Source of the DNA: an uncultured virus (IMG/VR IMGVR_UViG_3300017963_000244)
Taxonomy: Duplodnaviria > Heunggongvirae > Uroviricota > Caudoviricetes
DNA length: 64,000 bases
IMG/VR virus record: IMGVR_UViG_3300017963_000244
Span: 1-64,000 of that record
Reading direction: 5' to 3' (one strand)
Within the stretch, counting starts at the first letter, position 1; the number at the start of each line of letters is the position of its first letter. Position numbers and translations under genes: made by a program. Below, piece by piece: positions 53,126 to 63,664 of this stretch. The notes under the pieces are model-generated. The model saw nothing but the letters and a program-made list of their open reading frames with translations. It searched no databases and had not been told where the DNA came from.

Positions 53126-56100
53126 ATGGCAAATTTCCCTGGGACCATCTACGCGCCTCCTGGCGTCTACACCCGCACCAGGTTCCAGAGCCCCGTCTCT
53201 GGCGTCCTGGCGGGCGTTCGCATCCCCGTCTTCATCGGCACCGGCAACGAGCTGCTTCAGCAGCAGGACCTCGAGGTCATTCGTGGCTCTAGCAGCTCGG
53301 TCGATCAGCAGGTCCCGCAGGAGGACGAGACCGGTCGTGCCGTCGTGAGCATCTCCGATACGGGTCAGGTGACCCTCGGGGACTTCAACGGCGCGCGACA
53401 GCGCATCCAGGTCCGCAACTTCCCGATCACGAACGGAGACGGAAGCGGGACCACCGCCACGGACCCGAGTTCCATCCTCGTGACCATCAACGGCAGGCCC
53501 GACGTGGTCCTGAGCGTGGCTCGCGCCGACATCGGCGTCATCGAGATCAGCACGGCGCCCGACCTGAACGACGACGTGCGGGTGACGTACTTCTTCAAGC
53601 GGCACGACACGCAGATGACGGACAACGTGTCGGACCAGGTGACTCCCGAGTCGGCCATCCTCGAGGGCGCCATCGGCAACCTCTTCGAGTTCACCTCGGA
53701 CGACAACGTGTTCACCGTCACGGTGGACGACGACCAGAACCAGGTCGTGACGGCCACCTTCCCGACGGGGAGCGTCTCGGCCTCGACGGTCGTCTCGCTG
53801 ATCAACGGCGCCGCGGCGGGAACGTCGCTCATCGCGTCGGAGTACACGAACAACTTCGGCCTCACGGCCGTTCGCCTCGTGGCGGACCGCAACCTCCTCA
53901 TCGGGAGCGGTTCGGCCAACGTCGTCCTCGGCTTCACGCAGGGCCAGGCGACGAGCCGCAACAAGAACTTCGTGACGTTCAACGGTCCCATCGTGGACGG
54001 GACGAACGGGGGCATCACGACGACAGACACGTCCAAGGTCACGGTCCGCGTGAACGGGACCCAGGTCATCCCGACCGAGCTCGACGGACGCAACCGCACC
54101 GTGACGCTGCCCTTCGCGCCGGCCGCCGGCGATCTCGTCACGATTCAGTACTACTTCAACACGTGGCAGGACACCTTCGACTACCTGGCCAACATCAACG
54201 TGACGGAGGTCCTCCGCTGCGGGATCGTGCCGGGCAACAACGACTTCATCGAGCAGGCGGACTTCGTCCTGAAGGACGACCTGATCGTGTGGGGGAGCGC
54301 TTTCCTGGTGAGCGCCGGCGTGACGAGCGTCGGGGCCCCGGCCTTCGGGCCGACGCAGATCAGCGGCCTTCTGGTCGACAACCGCTGGTTCCTGTCCGAG
54401 ACGACCGTCGTCGTGGACGACACGGTCTCCCCGCCAGTCGAGAACCGTCGGCAGTTCCAGCTCCCGGCCCAACCCACGACGGGCAACGGCCGCGACACAC
54501 CGCTCGGCCAGAACGTCTTCCTGTCCATCTCCAACCGGCGGGTGGACCTGCCGACCAACAACCCGAACCTCGTCAAGGCCTACTGGGGTTGGAGCGTGCA
54601 GGACGCCCTCCAGCGCGGTCCCGTGACTGTGACCGAGGTCAAGGGGTCGATCATCACCCTCGAGGAGTCCGTTCCCGTCGGAGCGGGCGTCTGGGCGACC
54701 TTCTGGTACAACATCCTCGTCGACGAGGAGTACACGGTCCAGGTCGAGACCTCGGGACCGTCCGGCATCGGCACCTACTTCCTCTTCGACGGCGACGGAA
54801 ACCCCGTCTACACGCCGACCTTCGGGAGCAAGGGCCCCGCCATGACCGGGGTGACGATTTCGTTCCCCTCGGGCTCCGAGCTCACCCCCGACGTGCACTT
54901 CGAGGGCGGCACGAGTGGTCCCGTCGAGGAGACGGTGACGGTCCAGTTCGCGGACAAGGACGCCACCATCGCGAAGTTCACGGTCGGCGGCAGCGGTCCC
55001 TACGCGTTCGTCTCGGGCGAGTCCGACAGGGCCCGGTTCATGATCGACAGCAGCGCCCTCGCGGGCGGCACGGCCGGGATCGACCTGTCCGCGCCGCACG
55101 GCATCCAGGGACTCGGTTTCAGCGCGAGCCTCCTCGGAGAGGAGATCCAGTACGACGAGGATACCGGCACCACGACCTACGACGTCCTCGCGGGCATCAA
55201 CGACGACGTGTCGATGTCCGTGGACGGCGTGGTCATCTCGGTGACGGTCCCGGCCCAGACCGGCGTGAACGCGGACGCCTACGTCGAGGCCATCAACGCC
55301 GAGGCGAAGCTGTCCGCGAACTCTCCGTACCTCGACGGCACCACCCGGTTCCTCGGGACCACGGTCGTGACCGCGGGCGAGTACGACAAGCTCGTGTTCA
55401 ACTACACGGGCGTCACCAACCCCGCGACGGGCCCGGTGACCGCCGTCATCGCCCCGGGAACGTACGCCTCCCCGGCCTTCATGGCCGCGGCGGTGGACAC
55501 GGCCCTGAACACGGCCATCGCGGCCCTGCCGGCGGGGTATGCGGGCCTCGACATCGCCGTGACTGCGAACGCCGACGGACAGATGCGGTTCACCTACAAG
55601 GCGGCCGACACCGACCTGGGCACCTCCGCGAGCGGGACCGTCACCGAGGTGGGAGCCATCGTGGGAGACACGATCACCATCGACACGGTGACCTTGACCG
55701 GGGCTCTGACGCAGGTTTCGGGCGGTCTCGACTTCGACACCGGGCAGGCTCGGGCGACTCTCGTGCCGACCGGCGTGGAACCCGGCGACAACTTCACGAT
55801 CAACGCGGGGGGTGGCCCGACCACCATCACCGCGTTGGGCGCCCAGACCCCGGGTGGCCTGAACTTCGATGAGGGGGACCAGGCGACGGGCACTATCACC
55901 GTCTCGGGACCAATTCCGAACGACACCGTCACGATCAACGGGATCACGCTGACGGCGCTCGGAGCTCAGACCCCGGGTGGCCTGAACTTCGACGAGGGCA
56001 CGCGAGCCACCGGCACCGCCACGCTCACCGGGGTCCAGTACGGCGACACGATCTCCATCGACACCACCGCGGTCGGGGGAGGTCCCGTCACTCTGACGGC

Positions 56101-59100
56101 TAGCAACACGCTGACCCCGGGCGGCCTTGACTTCAACGTCGGCACGGCGGCGACGGGAAGCATTCAGCTCGTGGGCGTGCGGCCCGCGACCATCGCGCCG
56201 TTCCCGGTGACCGCGGCCGACACCGTCACCATCGGCGGGAACGTCCTGACGGCGAACGAGGGGCCGCGCACGCCGGGCGCCGACGACTTCGACGCCGGGA
56301 CCAGGGCGCTCGGGAGCGTCACGGTCGTCGTGGACGCGCTCCCGGCGACGGGCGTCCTGTACGGCGACACGATCACCGTCGGGGGCATCGCCCTCGTCGC
56401 GGACAACGTCACGACTCCGGGTGGCCTGAACTTCGACGCGGGCACCCAGGCGTTCGAGGTGCTGACCGTGCTCCTGGCTCCGGGCGTCCCGACGCCTCCC
56501 GCGGTCATCACTATCGACGTGGGCGGCGCGGCGGGCGGACCGTTCCCGCTCATCCCGGCGGGCGGTCCGCGCACCCCGGGCGCGAACGACTACGACGAGA
56601 CGCTCGGGACCACGATGGCGATAGCGGCCGACATCGCGGCGGCGATCAACGATCCGCTCAACGTGTTCTCCGCGTTCATGAGCGCGGCCGTCGGGCCCGG
56701 TCCTTCGGACGTGACGTTCACGTGGAACGTGCCCGGCGTGGTCGCCAACGGCATCGTGAACCTGACGGCCGATCCGATGCTCTCTCCGCTCGTCGGCTTC
56801 GCCGGCGGCGTTGGCACGGAGGTCACGACCGCGACGGCCCTCGTCACGGCGCTCAGCGATCCGCTGAACGGGCTCACGGGCCTCATCCAGGCGCACAACA
56901 CCGGCGGCGTTTCCAACGTCGTGAACCTGCAGGCCCTCACCCCGGGCCTCGCGGGCAACTCGATCAGCCTCGTCTCCACGGCGCCGGCGCGGCTCGTGCC
57001 GTCGGCGGCGACCATGGCGGGCGGCGTAGGCGACGACCTCACGGCCGCAACCGACGTGCAGGCGGCGGTGAACGACGTCGCCAACTCGTTCGCCACGGCG
57101 GTGACGGCCCTCACGACCGGAGACACGGCGGCCCTCACGGCGGTCACGCCCGGAGCCGTGGGCAACCTCATCACGCTGACCACGACGGCGGCCGGGAGGT
57201 TCGTGCTGTCCGCCGGGACGCTCACGGGAGGGGTCGGCGACGACATCTCGGCGGCGACGAGCCTGGTCGCGGCAATCTCCGACGCGGGCAACGGACTCGT
57301 CGGCGGCGTCGTCGCGGACAACGCCTCGGGCACGACCAACGTCGTCACCATCGACTCGTACACGCCGGGACTGGTCGGTAACGGCGTCCTCCTGGCGGAG
57401 TCCACGGCCGGAGCTCGGATCGCGCTCTCGGGCGCCACGCTGCTCGGCGGCGTCGGCGACAACACGACGGTCGCGGCCTCCATTGCGGCGGCCATCAACG
57501 ACGTCGGAAACGGCATCGTGACCTCCGTGACGGCCCTCGCGGCCCTGGCCGTCGTCACGATGACGGCGGTGACGCCGGGCAACGCCGGAAATTTGATCGG
57601 TACCACGTCGTCAGACGCGACGCGCCTGCTCATGTCGGGCCTGACCCTCGCCGGGGGCTCGGGAACCGACCTCAGCGTCGCCACGAGCATCGTCGCGGCG
57701 ATCAACGACCCGGGCAACGGGCTCGCCGTGGACGTGATGGCCGACAACGCCAGCGGAACCTCGACCACGGTCACCGTGTGGGACCTGACTCCGGGCGTGC
57801 TCGGCAACACGAACACCATCGCCTCGTCCACGGGCACGCGGCTCCCGGTCTCGGGCGCCAACTTCACGGGCGGCGACACGGTGGTGGGCGTGGGTTCGAA
57901 CATCGTCACCGCGATCAACGACGCGGCCAACGGCCTGAACGGAATCGTGACGGCCGACAACAGCGGGGGCACCTCGGCGGTCGTGGATGTCACGGCGGCC
58001 GTGCCGGGCCCGCAGGGGAACTTCATCGTGCTCGCCTCGAGCGACGCGGGGCGCCTCCCGGTCTCCGGCGCGACCCTCACGGGAGGTGCCGGCCTCGGCG
58101 GCGGCGTGTTCGAGTTCCTCGACGCGGCGACGGTCGCGGAGGACTTCGCGATTCTCGCGGGCCTCTCCACGGACGCGCTGCCCAGCCAGGAGCAGACCAA
58201 GGTCGTCGACGGAGATCTCGTGCGCCGGTTCACGGCGTCGGGCAGCTCCGGGCGCCTGATCTACGACCGGCTCGTCGTCCGCAACCGCGTCGTGCCCGGC
58301 AGCGGGTCGCTCGCGGCCGAGTCTCAGGTCGACCAGACCCAGCTCGTCATCGAGGGCACGAACGCCGAGGACGAGACGGGCCTCCAGCCGAGGGCATTCG
58401 GATCGGCGGGGATCGAGGCGACGATCCGGTCCGCCTCCTTGTACGGGGAGGTGGGCTTCAAGGACGGTCAGGTGGCGTCGGGGACGTACGGGGACTCGCG
58501 CGACGGACAGCCCGCGGTGATGTTCTACGCCCAGGGTGGCATCAATCCCCAGAACAACGTGTTCAAGTTCAACATCGACGGGACGCCCGTGACGGTGGTG
58601 TTCACGGACGGCGTCGGGGCCGCGATTCCCGCGGCCGGGAGCGCCAGCGTGCCTCTCGGTCCGGTCACGACGGCGAACACGGTCCTCGCCCAGATCCTCG
58701 CCGGGGCGGTCGGCGCCGGACTGCCAGCCTCGGTCGTGCTCCAGGAGGGCGCGGGCACCCGACTGCTGAGCGCCACCGCCACCACGGACTCCGCCGTCAC
58801 GATAGGTGCCGGGAACGCGAACGACGTCCTCGGCTTCTCCGACGACGCCACGGCGGCCCGGACCCTGGTCGAGCCCGAGGTCACGGCCTCCGCGCTCATG
58901 ATGCACCACAGCGCGTCCCTCAACGACGCGCTCCTGGACTACCAGAACCCCGACGCGACGTACTTCGCAGAGCAGGCCCTCGCGGGCGTCGAGACCGACT
59001 CGAGCAACGCGCAGTTCCTCTTCATCGAGTCGCAGGCCAACAACATCGTGGGCCTCGGGGCCTCGTCCAACATTACGTTCCTCACCGCCACGAGTGACTC

Positions 59101-60574
59101 GTGGCTGCGCACGGGGACGGGAGTCGGCGTGGCGACGGGCGAGGGGGCCGCGGGCGAGAGCGGATTCCAGGGCTACTACGTCACGAGCTCGGACCCGGTC
59201 GACGGCTCGGGTTCCGCCAACACGTCGTCCCTCAACAACGGCACGGGCCAGGACGGCATCATCGGCACGACGTACCGCGACGCGGTGACGGGCCTCACCT
59301 TCACCGTCCTCGAGCGCGAGGGGGGCTCCGCCTACCCGACGGGCGCGGGGGCCTGGTTCACCTTCGAGGTGCGCAAGCTCGTCACCACGGACGCGAACAT
59401 CCCGGTCAACTCCATCCCGGGCCTCGAGATGACGGTCGCGAATACCGAGGGATCCACGATCCCGCAGGGAGACACGGCCATCGTCGAGACGTTCGACCGG
59501 GGCGGCCAGGAACCCGCGGTGGGGGACTCCTACTTCGTGACCTACAACTTCTCGAAGACGGAGGCCGACTTCGAGACGATGCTGTTCACGAATCAGCGGG
59601 CCGTGGAGGCGAACTACGGGGAGGTCAACCCGGACAACCCGGTGTCCCTCGCCGCCTACCTCGGCTTCCTGAACGGCGGGGTCGTCCTCGCCATCAAGCA
59701 GGTGCCGAAGATCCCGGGTTCGAACCAGGCGAGCACCCAGAGCTACCTCGACGCGCTCGACGACCTCAGGGGACCGCTGCCGGGAGGCGCCACGCTGGAC
59801 ACGATCACGCCGCTCAAGGGCGACGACGAGGACCTGTTCCTCTCCCTGTCGAACCACTGCGACATCCAGTCGAGCATCCGGTACCGCTCCGAGCGGACCG
59901 GGCTGATCGGGGTCTCGTCGGGGACGCAGCCGACGGACGTCGGCGGCATCGCGCAGCAGATCGCGAACACGCGCATCAGGCTCGTGTACCCGGACATCGT
60001 GACCCTCACGATCCAGGACGCCCTCGGGAACGACAAGCAGTTCCTCGTGGACGGGACCTTCCTCGCGGCGGCGCTCTCGGGCAACCGAGCCGCCCCGAGG
60101 ATCGACGTGGCGACCCCGTGGACGAGGGCCCGCATCGTCGGCTTCGACGAGCTCGCCCGTACCCTCGACGCGGTCGAGCAGAACCAGGTGGCCGTACAGG
60201 GCGTCACCGTCCTGGACCAGCGCGGCACGATCATCCGAGTCCGTCAGGGCCTCACGACGGACATGAGCAACATCCTCACCAAGCTCCCGACGGTCATCAC
60301 CATCGCGGACGAGGTGCAGCGCTCCGCTCGCAGGGATCTCGACAGGTTCATCGGGGTCAAGTTCCTGCCGGGCATCCTCTCGGAGATCGAGGGCCAGCTC
60401 GCGACCACCATGAAGGCGCTCAAGAACGCCGAGATCATCGCGGCGTTCACGGGCATCCAGGCGCGGACCACCAACGACCCGACGCTGGTGGAGATCGAAG
60501 CATTTTATCAGCCGATTTTCCCGCTTTTATACATCGTTATAACCTTCAACCTTCGCAGCAACCTTGGAGGTTGA
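53126..60574 (+). CDS. Giant contractile tail sheath protein (2482 aa) with internal repeats
   Basis: N-terminal YAPPGVY; C-terminal IADEV...LDRFIG...VEIEAFYQPIFPLLYIVITF sheath signature. Confidence 0.85.
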   Translation: MANFPGTIYAPPGVYTRTRFQSPVSGVLAGVRIPVFIGTGNELLQQQDLEVIRGSSSSVDQQVPQEDETGRAVVSISDTGQVTLGDFNGARQRIQVRNFPITNGDGSGTTATDPSSILVTINGRPDVVLSVARADIGVIEISTAPDLNDDVRVTYFFKRHDTQMTDNVSDQVTPESAILEGAIGNLFEFTSDDNVFTVTVDDDQNQVVTATFPTGSVSASTVVSLINGAAAGTSLIASEYTNNFGLTAVRLVADRNLLIGSGSANVVLGFTQGQATSRNKNFVTFNGPIVDGTNGGITTTDTSKVTVRVNGTQVIPTELDGRNRTVTLPFAPAAGDLVTIQYYFNTWQDTFDYLANINVTEVLRCGIVPGNNDFIEQADFVLKDDLIVWGSAFLVSAGVTSVGAPAFGPTQISGLLVDNRWFLSETTVVVDDTVSPPVENRRQFQLPAQPTTGNGRDTPLGQNVFLSISNRRVDLPTNNPNLVKAYWGWSVQDALQRGPVTVTEVKGSIITLEESVPVGAGVWATFWYNILVDEEYTVQVETSGPSGIGTYFLFDGDGNPVYTPTFGSKGPAMTGVTISFPSGSELTPDVHFEGGTSGPVEETVTVQFADKDATIAKFTVGGSGPYAFVSGESDRARFMIDSSALAGGTAGIDLSAPHGIQGLGFSASLLGEEIQYDEDTGTTTYDVLAGINDDVSMSVDGVVISVTVPAQTGVNADAYVEAINAEAKLSANSPYLDGTTRFLGTTVVTAGEYDKLVFNYTGVTNPATGPVTAVIAPGTYASPAFMAAAVDTALNTAIAALPAGYAGLDIAVTANADGQMRFTYKAADTDLGTSASGTVTEVGAIVGDTITIDTVTLTGALTQVSGGLDFDTGQARATLVPTGVEPGDNFTINAGGGPTTITALGAQTPGGLNFDEGDQATGTITVSGPIPNDTVTINGITLTALGAQTPGGLNFDEGTRATGTATLTGVQYGDTISIDTTAVGGGPVTLTASNTLTPGGLDFNVGTAATGSIQLVGVRPATIAPFPVTAADTVTIGGNVLTANEGPRTPGADDFDAGTRALGSVTVVVDALPATGVLYGDTITVGGIALVADNVTTPGGLNFDAGTQAFEVLTVLLAPGVPTPPAVITIDVGGAAGGPFPLIPAGGPRTPGANDYDETLGTTMAIAADIAAAINDPLNVFSAFMSAAVGPGPSDVTFTWNVPGVVANGIVNLTADPMLSPLVGFAGGVGTEVTTATALVTALSDPLNGLTGLIQAHNTGGVSNVVNLQALTPGLAGNSISLVSTAPARLVPSAATMAGGVGDDLTAATDVQAAVNDVANSFATAVTALTTGDTAALTAVTPGAVGNLITLTTTAAGRFVLSAGTLTGGVGDDISAATSLVAAISDAGNGLVGGVVADNASGTTNVVTIDSYTPGLVGNGVLLAESTAGARIALSGATLLGGVGDNTTVAASIAAAINDVGNGIVTSVTALAALAVVTMTAVTPGNAGNLIGTTSSDATRLLMSGLTLAGGSGTDLSVATSIVAAINDPGNGLAVDVMADNASGTSTTVTVWDLTPGVLGNTNTIASSTGTRLPVSGANFTGGDTVVGVGSNIVTAINDAANGLNGIVTADNSGGTSAVVDVTAAVPGPQGNFIVLASSDAGRLPVSGATLTGGAGLGGGVFEFLDAATVAEDFAILAGLSTDALPSQEQTKVVDGDLVRRFTASGSSGRLIYDRLVVRNRVVPGSGSLAAESQVDQTQLVIEGTNAEDETGLQPRAFGSAGIEATIRSASLYGEVGFKDGQVASGTYGDSRDGQPAVMFYAQGGINPQNNVFKFNIDGTPVTVVFTDGVGAAIPAAGSASVPLGPVTTANTVLAQILAGAVGAGLPASVVLQEGAGTRLLSATATTDSAVTIGAGNANDVLGFSDDATAARTLVEPEVTASALMMHHSASLNDALLDYQNPDATYFAEQALAGVETDSSNAQFLFIESQANNIVGLGASSNITFLTATSDSWLRTGTGVGVATGEGAAGESGFQGYYVTSSDPVDGSGSANTSSLNNGTGQDGIIGTTYRDAVTGLTFTVLEREGGSAYPTGAGAWFTFEVRKLVTTDANIPVNSIPGLEMTVANTEGSTIPQGDTAIVETFDRGGQEPAVGDSYFVTYNFSKTEADFETMLFTNQRAVEANYGEVNPDNPVSLAAYLGFLNGGVVLAIKQVPKIPGSNQASTQSYLDALDDLRGPLPGGATLDTITPLKGDDEDLFLSLSNHCDIQSSIRYRSERTGLIGVSSGTQPTDVGGIAQQIANTRIRLVYPDIVTLTIQDALGNDKQFLVDGTFLAAALSGNRAAPRIDVATPWTRARIVGFDELARTLDAVEQNQVAVQGVTVLDQRGTIIRVRQGLTTDMSNILTKLPTVITIADEVQRSARRDLDRFIGVKFLPGILSEIEGQLATTMKALKNAEIIAAFTGIQARTTNDPTLVEIEAFYQPIFPLLYIVITFNLRSNLGG

Positions 60575-60617
60575 TCTAAGCGGTTGCGGCAGTCCTACCG
60601 GGTGGTAGGATTGGCAC

Positions 60618-63215
60618 GTGACCCCTGAACAACTCGAACAGGTTCTTGCGGCGTTTGCGTCCGACGACGCGGCCGCCGTGATTGCGAAATGCACAGGTGT
60701 GCCACGGGGTCACGTCTACAAGCTCTGGAAAGAACAGTTCGGACCGCGAGCTCTTCGGGATCGGGGCAACCGACTTCGCGGCCTGGCGAAGAGTCGTTCG
60801 GGAAACTCGGCCAGAACTGAGGTTCGCGACGCCGCCATCGCTGCCTTCGAAGAGGGGGAGGCGATGAAGGCCGTCGCGCTCCGGTTGGGGGTTCACTACA
60901 CGCAGATTCGTGAGTGGTGGGTTGAGGTTTACGGGGTGGAGACGGTGGCCGAGCGGGGCCGTGCCCTTCAGAGGACTCGAACTCGTGCTAACCATGAGAG
61001 GCTCAGGGGAAAAGCGCGAAAGGTCCGCGTTATCTCGGTACCTTGTGACGCGTGCGGTCGGGATCTTGAGGTTTCTACCATCTCGGCGGCTAAAAGTTCG
61101 CGAATCGTGTGTTCCTCCTGCGAGCAGTCGGAACGAGGGGCCGACACCGCGTGTCCCGTCTGTGGTCGACTCTGCGTCGGGAAAAGGGGACTCGCGAGCC
61201 ACTTAGGGAGCGCCAAAGATGAGGTCCATCGCGAGTATCTTCGGCACCAGGAAGAAGAGCGTCTTGGAGAGGAGGGTCACGGGCACGTGGTGTGCCTTGA
61301 GTGCGGCCATCGTGCTCGGAATCTGTGGAAGCATCTTGAGGCGGAACACGAGATGACACCCTCCGAGTATGTCGGAAAGTGGCCGGGTGCGTGCTGGCGT
61401 ACCGAGGCGGCAGAACGAGCACGAGTGCGACGGTCCTCTGAGGCACGTTCGGCCAGCGGCTTTGGAAAGGGGACGCGGAAGATCGTGGCATGTCCCCAGT
61501 GTTCAACGGAGGTCGAGGTCTCTCGTTTTGCGGGGCCGCTTCACGATCTACGCTGTGACGAGTGCAGGGCAGAGGACGAACTGAAGACATGGTGTGGGAA
61601 GAGCGAACCCGAGGACTACGTCTCCTGTCGAGAGTGTGGATTTCGGGCAGAATTTCTCATCTCTCATGTCCGATCCGCACACGACCTTGCAGAGTACGTG
61701 ACTCGTCATCCGGATGCGCCGTTCACGGCGTGTCGGGCTGGTCAGCGGAAATCACCGAGTACGAAGCTCGTGCTAACGAAGGAGCAGCTGGTGCCCTTCA
61801 TGGATGAGGGGCGCGTTGTCGCGGCCGCCGCGGCGAGGGCCTTCGGGTGCGCGCAGTTTCAAATTCGTCGGGCGTGCAACGAGCTGGGGCTGCAAACCCG
61901 ACGGCGGCTCGCCTGGCAGAAAGCGGTCCTGGATCGTGCCGCGTCGTATCTGGGCGTCGGCTACAAGTCGGAGTGGACCGATTCAAGGATCGTCAACGAG
62001 GCAACCGGCCGGAAGCTTCACTACGATGGCTTCTTTCCTTCCCGGAACTTGATCATCGAGGCTCACGGGGACCAGCATTTCTTCTTCATCGAAGCGTGGC
62101 ACCGCACCTACGAGGAGTTCGAACGCCTGCGCGAGTTGGATCGCTTCAAGCTCAGGCGCGCTCAGGAGCTCGGGTTTGCCGTGAAGGTCGTCCGGTACGG
62201 GGACGCGATTCACGAGAGAGGCTTCTGGAGACGGCTCCTGGAGGACGACCGGGCGCTGTGGGCCAACAAGTCGGAGAGCGAGCGCCGGGACGACGTGGAG
62301 AGGGTGCTGCGGGAACTGAGGGTCTCGGGATTCCCCGACATCCTTCCCTCCCCGAAGACACGCGCCGAATTCACGAAACTCCAGAGACAGACGATCTATC
62401 TGGACTCGTCGGGAACGATCCGTCCACAGACGACGCGAGGCACGACGGCGTGTGCCTCTTTTTTTCCGAACAGGTACCGGGCCCGTTACAAGGGGGCGCC
62501 GAGCGTGCTGGAGGCGTGGGACGACGACGACAGGTTGCGCAGGGCAGTTCGGGTACAGATGGAGGCGGGACATCCCACCACCCCTCACCGTGTGCTGCGG
62601 GCCCTCCAGATGATCTGTCGAACGCCCTCCGTGTTTCGTCCCGGAGTCGCCAAATACGTCTGTCAGACCTACTGTCGCGAGGGGGGGACCGTCTGGGATC
62701 CGTGTGCCGGCTACGGGGGGCGTCTTTTCGGCGCGATGGCAACGCACGTGGGGGCCTACCTGGGCACGGACGTCGAGCCCGAGATCGTCGAGGGAAATCG
62801 GAGATTGGCGCAGGAGATCGGCGTCTCCGATCGATGTCAAGTGGTTCAGGCGGCGGCCGAAGAGTTCGATCCCGAGTCCCCCCTCGATTTGGTATTCACG
62901 TCTCCACCGTACTACGACCTTGAAAGCTACGGGTCGCGGTCCGATGCTCGGGCCTACTCCGACGTGGGCGAGTGGCTTGAGCGTTTCCTGGTGCCCGTGA
63001 TCAACAAGGGCGCCGAGCATCTCAGGTCCGGCGCCTACTTGATCCTGAATCTTCCGGCCAAACCCCGCGCCGGCGTCGTCCTTGCCGACGAGGCCGTCAA
63101 GATCGCCGTACGAGCTGGTCTCGGGGTTCAGCCCGTCGTTTTCATGCCCGTCAGGCGCCTTCGGACCTCTCGATCTGCATGGAAGGACCCGCTAGTCGTT
63201 TTTCGCAAGCCGTAG
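60618..63215 (+). CDS. Fusion of HTH/zinc fingers, PD-(D/E)xK-like endonuclease and amino-type DNA methyltransferase
   Basis: LHYDGFF...IIEAHGDQHF nuclease; VWDPCAGYGG SAM motif; LDLVFTSPPY catalytic motif. Confidence 0.8.
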   Translation: MTPEQLEQVLAAFASDDAAAVIAKCTGVPRGHVYKLWKEQFGPRALRDRGNRLRGLAKSRSGNSARTEVRDAAIAAFEEGEAMKAVALRLGVHYTQIREWWVEVYGVETVAERGRALQRTRTRANHERLRGKARKVRVISVPCDACGRDLEVSTISAAKSSRIVCSSCEQSERGADTACPVCGRLCVGKRGLASHLGSAKDEVHREYLRHQEEERLGEEGHGHVVCLECGHRARNLWKHLEAEHEMTPSEYVGKWPGACWRTEAAERARVRRSSEARSASGFGKGTRKIVACPQCSTEVEVSRFAGPLHDLRCDECRAEDELKTWCGKSEPEDYVSCRECGFRAEFLISHVRSAHDLAEYVTRHPDAPFTACRAGQRKSPSTKLVLTKEQLVPFMDEGRVVAAAAARAFGCAQFQIRRACNELGLQTRRRLAWQKAVLDRAASYLGVGYKSEWTDSRIVNEATGRKLHYDGFFPSRNLIIEAHGDQHFFFIEAWHRTYEEFERLRELDRFKLRRAQELGFAVKVVRYGDAIHERGFWRRLLEDDRALWANKSESERRDDVERVLRELRVSGFPDILPSPKTRAEFTKLQRQTIYLDSSGTIRPQTTRGTTACASFFPNRYRARYKGAPSVLEAWDDDDRLRRAVRVQMEAGHPTTPHRVLRALQMICRTPSVFRPGVAKYVCQTYCREGGTVWDPCAGYGGRLFGAMATHVGAYLGTDVEPEIVEGNRRLAQEIGVSDRCQVVQAAAEEFDPESPLDLVFTSPPYYDLESYGSRSDARAYSDVGEWLERFLVPVINKGAEHLRSGAYLILNLPAKPRAGVVLADEAVKIAVRAGLGVQPVVFMPVRRLRTSRSAWKDPLVVFRKP

Positions 63216-63222
63216 ATCTCTC

Positions 63223-63237
63223 CGCTTTTCCCCCTAT
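63223..63237 (+). promoter_or_regulatory. Promoter-like motif CGCT-N8-TAT
   Basis: Recurring motif, upstream of speD. Confidence 0.55.
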
Positions 63238-63268
63238 CGGGCCCCCTCGGCATCAGGAGGGCACTGTC

Positions 63269-63664
63269 ATGCGGGACGACCTGTACGCGGGCTGGCATCT
63301 GCTCTTCGATGCCTTCGTAGACCCCGAGCACGCCGAGCGTCTGGACGACGCCGAGTTTCTTGAACGGTTATTCCGAGATCTCGTGGAAGTGCTCGACATG
63401 GAGATCCTCGGGGAACCGGCGTTCAAGAAGATTCCCTGCGATCCCTCCAGGCTGGACACGGAGCATGACGAGGGCGGCGTGACGGGTACCGTCATCGTCA
63501 CCACGAGCCACCTGAGCATCCACACGTGGCCCCTGCGGAAACGCTTCTGCCTCGACGTGTTCTCGTGCAAGCAGTTCGATCACCTCGCGGTCGAGAGGCT
63601 CGTGAGGGCACGCCTCCGCGTCGAGAGGCGGTCGAGTCGCTGGATCCCACGGACGTGGCCGTGA
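63269..63664 (+). CDS. speD: S-adenosylmethionine decarboxylase family (pyruvoyl) proenzyme
   Basis: GWHLLFD...GGVTG..IVTTSHLSIHTWP...LDVFSCK.FD; AGGAGG RBS. Confidence 0.85.
   Translation: MRDDLYAGWHLLFDAFVDPEHAERLDDAEFLERLFRDLVEVLDMEILGEPAFKKIPCDPSRLDTEHDEGGVTGTVIVTTSHLSIHTWPLRKRFCLDVFSCKQFDHLAVERLVRARLRVERRSSRWIPRTWP

Noticed and set aside
52807..53148. Small ORFs in the gap before the sheath gene
   Set aside because: No RBS, atypical codon usage and no motifs; the region is better explained as non-coding.
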